Shown: positions 19,064 to 30,199, counted from the stretch's first letter. The stretch is 64,000 bases of DNA from an uncultured Candidatus Saccharibacteria bacterium (GCA_964541455.1 CAZIPS010000003.1:2663-66662), one strand, 5' to 3'. The notes: a model not told the origin generated them from the letters alone. Made by a program: numbers and translations.

Positions 19064-20128
19064 ATGGAAAGCTTTGCAAAATTTTTGCCGAGCCGGCAGT
19101 TTGGGGTTGTTATTGCCTCGATCTTTTTAGCCTGCGCATTAGTAGGTAGCGTGTTCTATCTCAAAAAAAATAAGGAACAGAAAAGTGACATTGCACTTTT
19201 AAATGGGCCGAGTATCGAAGCGGTAACTGATGCTACTAAAAATCTAAGTGATGATGTTGCTGATATCGATACTGACCATGATGGCCTTAAGGATTGGGAA
19301 GAAGTCCTATGGGAAACCGACCCTAAAAACCCCGACACCGATCATGATGGCACCCCTGATGGGGAAGAAGTAAGACTTGGGAGAAATCCTCTAGTAAAGG
19401 GACCTAACGACAGTCTCAAAGAGGTGAGTAAAAATATAAGTACTGCATCATCCGCCCCGATTGTACTCACCCCCACTGATATCGTGGCACGTGATTTTTT
19501 CTCAAAATATCTTGAGGCTAAGCAAACAGGAAAAGATATTGATGCCAAGACCCAAGAGGAAATCATTGCTTCTGTTATTTCACGCCAAGACCTCGTGCAG
19601 AGCGCCAAAGCATATAGCAAAGAACAGCTAACCATAAGTACTAAAAATGATGAGGCGTCACTAAGGGCATATGGCAACGCTATGGGGCTTATTTTTAAAA
19701 ACACTGCCACTTGGAAAGAAAGTGAGATAGACATCATGCAAGAAGCTCTTAACAAAAATGATGAAAAAAGACTTGAGGCACTGGATACTAACATTAATGG
19801 ATACCAATCTATTCTTAATCAAAGCCTAAAAGTGGTTGTACCAAGCAAAGCAGTTGATGTCCATCTCCGCTATATAAACGCTTATAGCAAAATCGTCACC
19901 GCACTTACTGCTATGAAAAATACATTTAAAGACCCCGTAAGTGCCCTTATCCTTCTTGGTAAATACCCAGATGCTATTACCGAACTCCACCAGTCTTTTA
20001 TCGACGCGAGAAGTTTTTTTACCCGAAACAATATTACCTTTGACCTAAAAACTGAAACAGGAATTTTCTTTGCTAATTTTGCTGATGCAGTCGACATCAA
20101 GACAAAGGAGAATGCTGGAACCCAATAA
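19064..20128 (+). CDS. Membrane-anchored protein with thrombospondin type 3-like Ca-binding repeats
   Basis: N-terminal TM; DTDHDGLKDWEE...TDPKNPDTDHDGTPDGEE. Confidence 0.8.
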   Translation: MESFAKFLPSRQFGVVIASIFLACALVGSVFYLKKNKEQKSDIALLNGPSIEAVTDATKNLSDDVADIDTDHDGLKDWEEVLWETDPKNPDTDHDGTPDGEEVRLGRNPLVKGPNDSLKEVSKNISTASSAPIVLTPTDIVARDFFSKYLEAKQTGKDIDAKTQEEIIASVISRQDLVQSAKAYSKEQLTISTKNDEASLRAYGNAMGLIFKNTATWKESEIDIMQEALNKNDEKRLEALDTNINGYQSILNQSLKVVVPSKAVDVHLRYINAYSKIVTALTAMKNTFKDPVSALILLGKYPDAITELHQSFIDARSFFTRNNITFDLKTETGIFFANFADAVDIKTKENAGTQ

Positions 20129-20133
20129 TCTAT

Positions 20134-21747
20134 ATGCTAGAACTTCTTTTTAAAATTAAAAAATCTTTTTACGCAAAAATTCTTGTATCTTTTCTTATTA
20201 TCGCCTTTTTCGCTCCCATGGCACTCCCACCAAAAGCAGATGCAGGGGGAATGGCAGTCTTCGATTCAATTGGTGCAGCTCTTAAAACCGCCGGTAATGC
20301 AATTTTGACTATTATAAGCACTATTTCAAATGCGATTATTGGTGCCGGTATCCAAGCTCTTGTTACTGCCAAATACATCTTAGGCCCCCTTGCCACAACA
20401 ATTGCGAAAATGATCCTGCGGGGTATTACGGCAAGTATTATCGCTTGGATAAGTAATGGGTTCCAAGGAAGCCCCTCCTTTATCCAAGATCCCAAACGAT
20501 TCTTCACTAATGTAGCTGATCAGGCAATCGGTGCAGTTCTACTATCAAATGAAGCAACTAAATGGATGTGTACCCCATTTGCAATCAATATAAAACGAGC
20601 CCTTATCTACAATCGCTCTTTCTATCAACGTTCTCAGTGTAGCCTCACGCAAGTCGTAAATAACTTCAAAGGCTTTGCAAGTGGACTTAATAACCAATTC
20701 GGCAGTCTTGGTGGTTGGACTGCGTGGAACACTATGACATACGAGCCACAAAATAATCCCTACGGAGCCTATGCCCTCTTTAATATGCAGGTTGATGTAC
20801 AAGTAACCGGCGCCATCAATACCCAAGCCCGCTTACTCGACTGGGGTAAAGGTTTTCTTTCCTGGAAAGACCCAACATGTGTCGAAAATGCTAAAAGAAA
20901 TTCCGACCTTGAGGGCTATAAAACAGGCGATGAAATCGTTCCCCTTGAAGAAAGTGAGGGCAATACCATTAGTCCAAACACTGACCCAAATACCTGCCCG
21001 ATTCTTACTCCAGGTGATGTTATTGCAAATCAAATAAACAAGACTATCGGAAGCGATGTTGATCAGCTTGTAGGTGCACAAGAGATCAATCAGATTATTA
21101 GTGCACTCCTTTACCAACTTGCAGTTAAAGCACTTGGTGGCTCTGGCCTTCTTGGACTTGGCGCTTCATACTCCGATCCTTACGGCACAAATGGAAGCTA
21201 TGCTCAACAACTTCTCGCAAATGATCAACAGGTATTCAATCAAACTCGCAGTGACTTAAACCAACAAATATACAACCGCATCACCACCGAAAACAACTAC
21301 TCTGCAACAAAAAACCAAACACTTTCTCTTATAGATCTTTCTGCTAATAAAGCGTTTTCAGTCCTTAATTGCTACTTTGCAACTTCTTCTACTCCACTTG
21401 GTATCAACAACAGCATGCGTGCTACTGATATAGCAGGAGCTTCAAGTTCACTTGCCTTTATAAACGGCTTCAAGCGTTCTATACAACGTGACGTCGACAT
21501 ATCAGATATAAACATCAGTAACCTCCAACGCCTTGTTGATGCCTCAAACGCCTTAGACTACAGCCACAGAGATACTCTGCAACAAATCTCATCACAATTC
21601 TCACAACTCATCACGCAAATCCACTCTGACGGCGATGTTATAAACGCCCAGTTTGAACGTGACCAGACTATACCTGACGCCATGAAAGCTCCTGATGCCG
21701 ACAATGACACTCGCCTTAATCGCTGTTACACCGAACCTATTAACTAG
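20134..21747 (+). CDS. Exported/membrane hypothetical protein of the secretion-like locus
   Basis: 537 aa; signal peptide, hydrophobic N-terminal helices, several Cys. Confidence 0.8.
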   Translation: MLELLFKIKKSFYAKILVSFLIIAFFAPMALPPKADAGGMAVFDSIGAALKTAGNAILTIISTISNAIIGAGIQALVTAKYILGPLATTIAKMILRGITASIIAWISNGFQGSPSFIQDPKRFFTNVADQAIGAVLLSNEATKWMCTPFAINIKRALIYNRSFYQRSQCSLTQVVNNFKGFASGLNNQFGSLGGWTAWNTMTYEPQNNPYGAYALFNMQVDVQVTGAINTQARLLDWGKGFLSWKDPTCVENAKRNSDLEGYKTGDEIVPLEESEGNTISPNTDPNTCPILTPGDVIANQINKTIGSDVDQLVGAQEINQIISALLYQLAVKALGGSGLLGLGASYSDPYGTNGSYAQQLLANDQQVFNQTRSDLNQQIYNRITTENNYSATKNQTLSLIDLSANKAFSVLNCYFATSSTPLGINNSMRATDIAGASSSLAFINGFKRSIQRDVDISDINISNLQRLVDASNALDYSHRDTLQQISSQFSQLITQIHSDGDVINAQFERDQTIPDAMKAPDADNDTRLNRCYTEPIN

Positions 21748-21749
21748 CT

Positions 21750-24218
21750 ATGTTACGCACTGCAAAAAAAGCTCTTCTTACGTCCGTCTTTCTTGCAGGA
21801 GCTTTTTTGCCTTTTACTACTTTTGCGCAAACAATTAATGATAGTGATACTGGCGGGGGAGTAAGTGTTAGTGCACTCAAAAACACTTCTGCTCAAACCG
21901 TCACCGCGTCAGAAATACAACTGCAAGCAAGAGAGAATGCTCGTGACGCATCACTACAACAATCCCTTGGCAACGGGAACGTCACTGACCCAGGGGTAGC
22001 TGCTGCAGCTCCCTCTGGTACATTTTCTGCCCCAGGAACCGCTCCCTCGCTCTCTTCTTCGGGGGCCCAAGCAACTAAAGACCTCAACCTTGCTTCAGTT
22101 GACCTTTGTTCAATTAGCTTTACAGGAACCTTCCAACCACTCAACTGTCTCGGGTACGGACTTCTCAAAATAGGGGGGTGGGTAGCAACGGTAGGCGGTG
22201 TCTTTCTCAACCTCTCGATTGATTTTACTGTGCTTAAAATGTCTACCGTCATTAACGGCACTGGTGCTATTAATGCTGCTTGGAAAGTGTTCCGCGATCT
22301 TTCAAATATTTTCTTTATTTTTATCCTTATTTATATCGCTATAAGCACTATTATCGGGACCGCTGGAGGACAAACCAAAAAAATGCTGATCAATGTCATC
22401 ATTGTGGCACTTCTCATCAACTTCAGCATGTTTTTTACTAAAGTTGCAGTCGACACCTCAAATATTCTCACCATTCAGTTCTTCAACTCTATTAGCAAAG
22501 GAGACAATAGCTGGGACAACGGCCTCTCTTGGGTCTTTATGAATGCCTCGCGCCTCACTACCATCTACCAAGCGGGGAACACCATCGCCACAAGTCCAAA
22601 TGGCAAAGCGTTTCTTAGTTACAACTTTCTCATTGTTGGGATTATGGGGCTCGCCTTTGCCCTCGTGCTTGCTTTTGTGTTTATGGCGATTGCCATTATG
22701 TTTATTTCTCGTTTTGTCACTATTATTTTCCTTATTGTACTTTCACCGCTCGCTTTTATGGGCTTTGCGGTGAGCAAATTAAGTGGCAAATGGCATCAAT
22801 GGCTCTCTGTGCTCACAGAACAAATCTTCTTCGCTCCTGTTATGATGGCTATGCTTTGGACTGTTGCGGTTATTATAAATAGTGACGGCTTCCGTGCAGC
22901 AGTTGCCTTTTCTGACCCGGCCAATAACTTCGCCGACCTCTTCACCCTTTCTTCCGTTACAGGGTCTATATATATAGTCTTAAACTTTAGCCTCCTTGTT
23001 GCCCTTCTTATTGGTGGCCTCCTTATATCAAAGAACTTTAGTCATACAAGTGCGAACTTTGCAATGAAACTCGCAGGGGGGGCCTCTTTTGGGGCAGCGG
23101 CGTGGATTGGGCGCAAAACAGGAGGGTGGGCTGGAAACAAACTTGCCAAATCAGAACGCTTGCAGAAATTTGCAGCTAATAATCCTACTGTTGGTATGTT
23201 TGCACTTAAAGCGGTCAAGGGGGTTGCTTCTGCCAGCTTTGACGCTCGCAATATTCCCCACGCAAGCGACTATCTCGGCAAGGGACCTGGGACAGGGGGT
23301 TATGTTGGCGAACTTGAAGCTCAAGTAAAGAAACGTCAAGAGGATGCAAAACTTCTCAAAGACCTCAAGCTATATCAAGACTCGAAAACTGAAGGGGAGG
23401 CAAAGGCTCACAAAGAAACAGTTGAGGAGAAAGACAAAAAAGTGGTTGAGCTTAACAAGCAGATGGCTAACTTTATTGCCGCTGGCAACAACCTTAACGA
23501 TACACGCTACAAGGAGTTTGAGAGGGAGAAAGCTGAAGCGGTTAAGGCACGTGATGAAGCTAAGAAAAAACTTGAGACCCTCAATAAGGACCAGACCAAG
23601 ACCCAAACAGGGGAGCAGACCTATGCTAAGAATCTTACTAAGGGCACCATTGCTGCTATCATGACTCGCCTTGCTGCAGAGCGTGAAAAATCTCAAGAGA
23701 AGATTGAGGAATCATATACCAAGGACCGTCAAAAGAAAGACAGCGAATGGGCCAAAGAATTTAATCTTAAGGAGATTAACCGACAAATTGCTTCTCTTGA
23801 TGCAGAAATCGAGTCTCTTGGGAGCTCGGTCTTGAATGTCACCGAAGAGGTAAAAAACTGGAATGAGCAGATTGCTAAAAATAACAAAGAAATTGAAAAA
23901 ATAACTCTAGACCAAAAAAATAATCCAAATGTTGATATCATCGCTTCAAACAAAAGAAGAAAGATTATTGCGGAGGAAAACGGAAAAATACAGGAAAGCA
24001 TCAATGCAGTAAAAGCTAATGAGTCAACTATTGCCGAACAAAAGAAAATTCGACTCATAGCAGAAAGAGAAAAGCTTATTAATCAACGAAAAGAGATTCA
24101 AAATAAAAAGGATAGAGATGCTCTTCTAAAAACACTTGTTGACGCAACAAAACCGGAAGAGGCTCAAGGAGAAGAAAAGAAGGGTGAGGATAAGCCAAAA
24201 AAGGATGATGCACACTAA
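21750..24218 (+). CDS. VirB6/TrbL-like polytopic membrane protein with C-terminal coiled coil
   Basis: AWKVFRDLSNIFFIFILIYIA and ALLINFSMFFTKVAVD segments, multiple TMs, long charged coiled-coil tail; context upstream of prgI/virB4. Confidence 0.7.
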   Translation: MLRTAKKALLTSVFLAGAFLPFTTFAQTINDSDTGGGVSVSALKNTSAQTVTASEIQLQARENARDASLQQSLGNGNVTDPGVAAAAPSGTFSAPGTAPSLSSSGAQATKDLNLASVDLCSISFTGTFQPLNCLGYGLLKIGGWVATVGGVFLNLSIDFTVLKMSTVINGTGAINAAWKVFRDLSNIFFIFILIYIAISTIIGTAGGQTKKMLINVIIVALLINFSMFFTKVAVDTSNILTIQFFNSISKGDNSWDNGLSWVFMNASRLTTIYQAGNTIATSPNGKAFLSYNFLIVGIMGLAFALVLAFVFMAIAIMFISRFVTIIFLIVLSPLAFMGFAVSKLSGKWHQWLSVLTEQIFFAPVMMAMLWTVAVIINSDGFRAAVAFSDPANNFADLFTLSSVTGSIYIVLNFSLLVALLIGGLLISKNFSHTSANFAMKLAGGASFGAAAWIGRKTGGWAGNKLAKSERLQKFAANNPTVGMFALKAVKGVASASFDARNIPHASDYLGKGPGTGGYVGELEAQVKKRQEDAKLLKDLKLYQDSKTEGEAKAHKETVEEKDKKVVELNKQMANFIAAGNNLNDTRYKEFEREKAEAVKARDEAKKKLETLNKDQTKTQTGEQTYAKNLTKGTIAAIMTRLAAEREKSQEKIEESYTKDRQKKDSEWAKEFNLKEINRQIASLDAEIESLGSSVLNVTEEVKNWNEQIAKNNKEIEKITLDQKNNPNVDIIASNKRRKIIAEENGKIQESINAVKANESTIAEQKKIRLIAEREKLINQRKEIQNKKDRDALLKTLVDATKPEEAQGEEKKGEDKPKKDDAH

Positions 24219-24233
24219 TATATAATAGAGAAT

Positions 24234-25397
24234 ATGGAAGACACGAGTGTTCAACAGAAATTTGAAAAACTGCCGGCAGTTATTCGCGAAGCGATTACTT
24301 CTGTTGATTTTGCAGAAAAACTTCAAAACATAGGCAAGGCAAACAGCCTCCACCTCGATGAACTTGACGCGCTTTTTGAAGAAGTGGGATTTGTGATGCT
24401 TGGGGACACTCGCACGCAAGATTTTGGAGCTAAAATAAGCGAACGTCTCTCGCTTCGCCCAGATCAAGTTGCTCCTATAGTTAAAAGTGTTGATGAGGAA
24501 ATATTCCGCCCGATCCGCACTGCGCTCATCAGCCTCCACGACAATGAACCTCGTCGCATTACCGACGTCCCACTCCCTGCAGCAAGTGCACCTTCATATG
24601 TTCCCCCAGTTCCACAAAAAAACTCTTTACCCACAACCCCCGAAAGTAATCTTGCGCCAAAACCAATAACCGTTAAGGAGGAGTTGTCAGCTCCAACCAT
24701 ACACCCTATATACAATGATAAAAGTATAGAAACTCAAATACCAAGTTCCCCACAGACCCTAGGGGATGGAGTAGTGGTTACTCCAGAAATAAGCGCCCTA
24801 AACGAAGAAACGCCAACTCGCGAAAACCTTCTTAATGCTATTGAAGGGGAGAAAGAAATGGACCCCGCTCTCCTTACCCCACATCGCCAACTTGAATCCC
24901 AAGATCCACGCACCTATCTCATAGACAAAGAAGAATTTCTGAAGAAAATCACTGAACCAAGCAGTGGCTCCACCCCCGCAACACTTACCCCCAAAAAACG
25001 TTCGTTAGCCGAAGAAGCGGTGTTAGTAGCAAAGCGAAAAGTAGACCCAACTGCTCTAAATATGCAGAGCATTATAGCCAAAACACCGAAACCAACTACA
25101 GAATCAGCTCCTATTACTACTATCCCTCCTGTCCCCGCCACTCCTCCCACAATTACGTTGGATATTCCTCGCACTGAAGAACAGGCGTCTGTGCAAACAC
25201 CTCCCGAAGCAATCTATACACTTCCAAAAGAAATAGCCCCCACCCAACCCATCACCCTTGAAGCAAAACAGAAACTTACCTCCATGGTTCAGGTTCCTCG
25301 CGTCACAAGTAGAGTGAGCGCCCCGCTCACCGCTACTTCAACTGTCACTACAGAAACTACAGGAAGTAGGGTAGACCCATATCGCGAACCTATATAA
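24234..25397 (+). CDS. Hypothetical protein with Pro/Thr-rich linker
   Basis: 387 aa; helical N-terminal domain, low-complexity middle, C-terminal DPYREPI. Confidence 0.8.
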   Translation: MEDTSVQQKFEKLPAVIREAITSVDFAEKLQNIGKANSLHLDELDALFEEVGFVMLGDTRTQDFGAKISERLSLRPDQVAPIVKSVDEEIFRPIRTALISLHDNEPRRITDVPLPAASAPSYVPPVPQKNSLPTTPESNLAPKPITVKEELSAPTIHPIYNDKSIETQIPSSPQTLGDGVVVTPEISALNEETPTRENLLNAIEGEKEMDPALLTPHRQLESQDPRTYLIDKEEFLKKITEPSSGSTPATLTPKKRSLAEEAVLVAKRKVDPTALNMQSIIAKTPKPTTESAPITTIPPVPATPPTITLDIPRTEEQASVQTPPEAIYTLPKEIAPTQPITLEAKQKLTSMVQVPRVTSRVSAPLTATSTVTTETTGSRVDPYREPI

Positions 25398-25529
25398 AGC
25401 GTAAGCTTTGTGTTGTTTATACCACCCACCCTTAATCAACACGACATATCCTCTTATCTGCGCGACAAAGAGCGCAATCTCTTATATTATTAGAGATACC
25501 AAGCGCATTGTCGTTTCAGTATTTTTTAT

Positions 25530-26051
25530 ATGCAATTCCAAGTTCCTCAATTTATTGAAGTAGAAGACAAGCTTTTTGGTCCTCTTACCCTTAAACAATT
25601 CATTTATCTTGCTGGGGGAATAGGTGTTTCGGCGATCTTCTACCTTGTTATTCCTTACCACTTTATTGCCATAGTTCTTGCGGTTCCTTTCGTTGTTTTT
25701 GCGATTGCCTTAGCTTTCTACCGCATTAACAGTAAACCATTTGTTGAGGTGCTTGAGGCAGCACTTTCCTACTACTTTAAAAACAAGCTTTATATATGGA
25801 AGAAATCCGACAAGAAAATTGAGGATCGTCCAAAAGAAGAAGTATCTGAACCCTCTCTCGATACACTTTTTGCCCCACGCCTCTCTGAAAGCAAGCTCAA
25901 AGATCTCGCGTGGAGCCTTGATGTTACTGATAAAGTAATAAACAAAGAGGTTCAAAGGGGAGGGGGGTCCCGCATTACGTATAACGAAGACGAGCGCGAG
26001 AAAGTTGAGTTCCAGAAAAACTACGAAATTGGAGCTAAGGGGCACCTATAG
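25530..26051 (+). CDS. PrgI family (VirB3-like) membrane protein
   Basis: MQFQVPQFIEVEDKLFGPLTLKQF followed by two TMs. Confidence 0.85.
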   Translation: MQFQVPQFIEVEDKLFGPLTLKQFIYLAGGIGVSAIFYLVIPYHFIAIVLAVPFVVFAIALAFYRINSKPFVEVLEAALSYYFKNKLYIWKKSDKKIEDRPKEEVSEPSLDTLFAPRLSESKLKDLAWSLDVTDKVINKEVQRGGGSRITYNEDEREKVEFQKNYEIGAKGHL

Positions 26052-26056
26052 AACAT

Positions 26057-26692
26057 ATGGCTACTGAACAAACATCAGCAACACAAGAATTCGTCCCTAT
26101 CAAAGAGGTACGTGACGGCATTGTCCTCCTTAAAGACGGAGGTCTGCGTGCAATTCTTCTAACCTCTTCTATTAACTTCGCCCTCAAATCACAGGACGAG
26201 CAAAATTCCGTTATTTTCCAATTCCAAAACTTCCTTAACTCTTTAGACTTTCCTGTAGAAATCTTCATTCAATCAAGGAAACTCGATATTCGCCCCTACA
26301 TTGCTCTCCTCGAAGACCGCTATCGAGATCAAGTTAATGATCTACTTAAAATACAGACTCGTGAGTACATCGAGTTCATAAAAAGCTTTACTGAAAGTGC
26401 TAATATCATGACTAAAAGCTTCTTTATTATTGTCCCCTACAATCCAGCAAGCCTTACCGCTGAATCAGTTGGTGGGTTCTTTAGTAAGAAAAAAGATGAA
26501 GACAAAACAAAGGATGCGGCTGCACGCTTCGAAGAAAACCGCAGCCAACTCGAGCAACGCATTGCTGTTATCGAACAAGGACTTATACGTACAGGAGTTC
26601 GTGTCGTACAATTAGGTACTGAAGAAATTATTGAACTTTACTACAAGATCTTTAACCCTGGAGAGCAGGACAAGCCAATTAAGTTGCCATAA
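26057..26692 (+). CDS. VirB4/TraC N-terminal-like protein
   Basis: SSINFALKSQDEQ...FQNFLNSLDFPVEIFIQSR; lies between prgI and virB4. Confidence 0.7.
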   Translation: MATEQTSATQEFVPIKEVRDGIVLLKDGGLRAILLTSSINFALKSQDEQNSVIFQFQNFLNSLDFPVEIFIQSRKLDIRPYIALLEDRYRDQVNDLLKIQTREYIEFIKSFTESANIMTKSFFIIVPYNPASLTAESVGGFFSKKKDEDKTKDAAARFEENRSQLEQRIAVIEQGLIRTGVRVVQLGTEEIIELYYKIFNPGEQDKPIKLP

Positions 26693-26694
26693 TT

Positions 26695-28515
26695 ATGGGT
26701 GTTTTCGATTTCCTTATTACGAATAAGAAAAAAGAAGCAGGGAATGCGCTCACCGCTATTTTGCCGCGAGACATCTATGAATCTGGTGTTTTGGAACTTA
26801 AAGACATTATTGCCCCCTCTGCACTTAAAATCACGCCCAAAGAGCTCAATTTGGGCGAGAAAATTATTCGTACCTTTTTTGTTATCTCTTATCCTCGTTT
26901 TCTTTCGGAAAGTTGGTTTGCGCCGATTATTAACCTCGACAAGGTGTTTGACGCTTCTATTTTTATTCACCCTATTGAAACCGCTCGCATTTTAAGGCAA
27001 TTCCAGAAAAAAGTAGCGGAGGTACAAAGCCAAATCCACGAGAGAGAGGAGAAGGGGTTAGTGCGTGATCCCGTGCTTGATACCGCCTACCAAGACCTTG
27101 AACAGCTTCGTGACGGCCTTCAGCAAGCACAAGAACGTATTTTTGATGTTGGGCTCTATATATCTATTTACGGTGATTCTGATGCCGAACTTGATAAGGT
27201 AGAGTCTGAAATTAAATCTATCCTCGAATCAAAGTTGGTGTATATAAAACCAGCCCTCTTTCAACAAGAACAAGGGTTTAAAAGCGTTATTCCTCTTGGA
27301 AATGATGAGTTAGCAGTTCATTCAAAACTTAACTCTTCGCCACTTTCAAGTGTTTTTCCTTTCATCTCTTTTGACCTCACTTCAGACAAGGGAATTCTTT
27401 ATGGCATCAACCGACACAATGCAAGTTTGGTACTTTTTGACCGCTTCTCTCTTGAAAATTACAACTCTGTCGTCTTTGCGAAGTCTGGATCTGGTAAGTC
27501 CTACACCACCAAACTCGAGATCCTCCGTACCCTTATGTTTGACACTGAAGTGATTGTTATTGATCCCGAGCGCGAATACGAATATTTAGCCGAAGCCACC
27601 GGCGGACGCTATTTTAATGTTTCGCTTAATTCTGAACACCACATTAACCCTTTTGATCTTCCCATCCCACGCGAAGACGAATCCCCAGCTGATATTCTTC
27701 GCAGCAACATTGTAAACCTCGTAGGGCTTTTCCGTATCATGATGGGGGGGCTCACTCCCGAAGAAGATGCCATTATTGACCGCGCAATTACTGAAACCTA
27801 TGCCCTCAAAGACATTACCCCTGAATCAGACTTTACTGCTATCGAACCCCCACTTATGGCTGACTTTGAACTTGTGCTTTCGGGCATGGAAGGAGGGGAT
27901 TCCTTGGCACAACGACTTACTAAATACACTAAGGGAACATGGGCTGGCTTTATCAACAAGCCGACAAACGTCGACATTAATAAAAAGTTTGTTGTGTTTT
28001 CTGTGCGTGATATGGAGGATGAGCTTAAACCTGTTGCCATGTATATCATTACGCACTTTATTTGGAATGCTATACGCAAAGAAATTCGAAAACGTCTCCT
28101 TGTTATCGATGAAGCATGGTGGATGATGAAATCAGATGATACTGCCTCTTTCCTCTATAGTCTTGTAAAACGTGGTCGTAAATACTTCCTTGGAGTAGCG
28201 ACAATTACCCAAGACGTCGATGACTTCCTTAAAAGCCAGTATGGGCTCCCCATTATCACCAACTCATCGCTTCAACTTCTCCTTAAACAATCTCCATCAT
28301 CAATCGATAATGTTCAAAAGATATTTAACCTTACCGAAGAAGAGAAATATCTACTCCTTGAGTCAGACGTAGGGGAGGGGATTTTCTTCGCAGGACTAAA
28401 ACACGTGGCGATTAAGATCATTGCCTCATACACCGAGGACCAGATTATTACCTCTGACCCTTCTCAAGTGCTTTCGATCAGAAAAGCCAAAAATGATTTG
28501 CGCCTTGCTTCTTAA
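26695..28515 (+). CDS. virB4: VirB4-like type IV secretion ATPase
   Basis: Walker A AKSGSGKS, IDPEREY, Walker B LVIDEAW, RGRKY, ITQDVDDF. Confidence 0.9.
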   Translation: MGVFDFLITNKKKEAGNALTAILPRDIYESGVLELKDIIAPSALKITPKELNLGEKIIRTFFVISYPRFLSESWFAPIINLDKVFDASIFIHPIETARILRQFQKKVAEVQSQIHEREEKGLVRDPVLDTAYQDLEQLRDGLQQAQERIFDVGLYISIYGDSDAELDKVESEIKSILESKLVYIKPALFQQEQGFKSVIPLGNDELAVHSKLNSSPLSSVFPFISFDLTSDKGILYGINRHNASLVLFDRFSLENYNSVVFAKSGSGKSYTTKLEILRTLMFDTEVIVIDPEREYEYLAEATGGRYFNVSLNSEHHINPFDLPIPREDESPADILRSNIVNLVGLFRIMMGGLTPEEDAIIDRAITETYALKDITPESDFTAIEPPLMADFELVLSGMEGGDSLAQRLTKYTKGTWAGFINKPTNVDINKKFVVFSVRDMEDELKPVAMYIITHFIWNAIRKEIRKRLLVIDEAWWMMKSDDTASFLYSLVKRGRKYFLGVATITQDVDDFLKSQYGLPIITNSSLQLLLKQSPSSIDNVQKIFNLTEEEKYLLLESDVGEGIFFAGLKHVAIKIIASYTEDQIITSDPSQVLSIRKAKNDLRLAS

Positions 28516-28520
28516 TATTC

Positions 28521-29192
28521 ATGCCTCCCGAGCTTAAAGAAAATCGAATACCCACTCATACTGCGGGGTTTATGCTCGCCGTAGCCGCTTTTTTTGACCT
28601 TTTACAAATATTTTTTAACCTTATTCTAATCGGTTTTCTCATAAACTGGACGATTACCCTTATTTCATTTTTAACCTTTTTTGTTTGGTTTAAACTTTAT
28701 GGTGTAAACCTAGGCGATAGCGCTAAGAAAATAGCGCTTTGGCTCACCGACTATGCCTTCGATATTTTTAGTGGAGGGATTTTCCCTTCGATTTTTATTA
28801 GCACCCTTATCACTATTCTTATAGTTAAGTCAGACGATGCGCTTCGTAACCAAGGTATTGACCTCAACCTCTCAACCTCTGCCTCTTATCGCAAAAAAGT
28901 GGCGGAAAACAGGAGGGCATACCAAGCATCACTACAAAGTAACGAAGAGGAGAGTGCAGAGGGTGGGGAAGAGTCTCCCGAGCGTTTCAAAGAAACATTA
29001 TCTCGTGTTTCCCGTAGTGGAGCAGTCCCAGGGAACGAGAAAGGGGCTGCTACCACACGGGTACCCCTCACCTCAAGCGCCCCCACAGTTATCCCAAACA
29101 ATAATCAAAAAACAGAAAATAATAGCGGAATTCTTGGTAGAATAAATAGAACTTCAAACAAAAGCAGTGAACCCTATGTTAAAGCCGTTTAA
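28521..29192 (+). CDS. Membrane hypothetical protein
   Basis: Three to four N-terminal TMs and a disordered tail. Confidence 0.75.
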   Translation: MPPELKENRIPTHTAGFMLAVAAFFDLLQIFFNLILIGFLINWTITLISFLTFFVWFKLYGVNLGDSAKKIALWLTDYAFDIFSGGIFPSIFISTLITILIVKSDDALRNQGIDLNLSTSASYRKKVAENRRAYQASLQSNEEESAEGGEESPERFKETLSRVSRSGAVPGNEKGAATTRVPLTSSAPTVIPNNNQKTENNSGILGRINRTSNKSSEPYVKAV

Positions 29193-30195
29193 TATATACC
29201 GCTCTCTTAAAAAAAGCCTTGTTTTTTTAGCGCTTTTTATGCCTTTTGTTTTTGCACGCGCCGAAGCTTCTCTTACTCCCTATGCTGAGGGAGTAAGTAC
29301 TGTTGTTACCCCCCAAAATCCTGGCCCTAATACCCTTATAACTATCCAACTGCAAAGTTCATTGGTGAACCTTGAGGCCTCGACTGTTATTTGGAGCGTT
29401 AACGGTAAGGTTATTCAATCGGGTAAAGATAGTCGCAGCTTTTCCCTTCGCCTTGGCGGTATAGGGAGTAAGAGTGTTGTTGATATCTATATCAAAAGTG
29501 ATAATTTTGGCACTATCAGCAAAACTCTAACTTTTGCCCCAACAAGTGTTGAACTCCTTTACCAAGCCTCTTCTTATACCCCACCCTTCTACAAAGGAAA
29601 GGCGCTCATCCCCTCGGAAGGCGTTGTTACCCTCTACGCACTTCCAAACTTTAAAACAAGTTCTGGATCAATTCCTCAAACAGCAAGTCTTGTTTTTACA
29701 TGGAAAAAGGATGGGGTTGTTGACGGAAATAATTCTGGACTTGGAAAAAATAGCTATCGCTATGTTAATGGAAGACTACCAGAAGATGGTCCTTCAATTG
29801 AAGTCTCTGTTGTTGATCCTAAGAGTAACTTACAAGGCTATGCCGCCTTTGCTGCCTCAACAGTTAACCCTGAAGTTGTTTTTTACGAGAATAACCCCAT
29901 TTTAGGAGTTAACCTCAATCAAAGTATTCAGAAGGACTACGCCCTTACCAAGCAAGAACTTTCTCTTATTGCCTACCCTTATTACTTTGGTACCAAAAAT
30001 AGAAATGCTCTAGGGCTTTCCTATACTTGGAATATCAACGATAACCCGGTTGCAAACAGTGCATCTGACAAGGGAACATTAACCGTGCGTAGTCCTGGGG
30101 GGAAGGGGGTTGCAAACATTTCACTTGGTGTTGAGAATAAACTAAGACTCCTTCAAACAGCGTCAAGTATTCTTTCTATTACCTACGGTCAATAA
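29176..30195 (+). CDS. Secreted beta-rich (Ig-like) hypothetical protein
   Basis: Signal peptide; recurring W-x-x-N/D-G type motifs (VIWSVNG, FTWKKDG, YTWNIND). Confidence 0.75.
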   Translation: MLKPFNIYRSLKKSLVFLALFMPFVFARAEASLTPYAEGVSTVVTPQNPGPNTLITIQLQSSLVNLEASTVIWSVNGKVIQSGKDSRSFSLRLGGIGSKSVVDIYIKSDNFGTISKTLTFAPTSVELLYQASSYTPPFYKGKALIPSEGVVTLYALPNFKTSSGSIPQTASLVFTWKKDGVVDGNNSGLGKNSYRYVNGRLPEDGPSIEVSVVDPKSNLQGYAAFAASTVNPEVVFYENNPILGVNLNQSIQKDYALTKQELSLIAYPYYFGTKNRNALGLSYTWNINDNPVANSASDKGTLTVRSPGGKGVANISLGVENKLRLLQTASSILSITYGQ

Positions 30196-30199
30196 TTTT

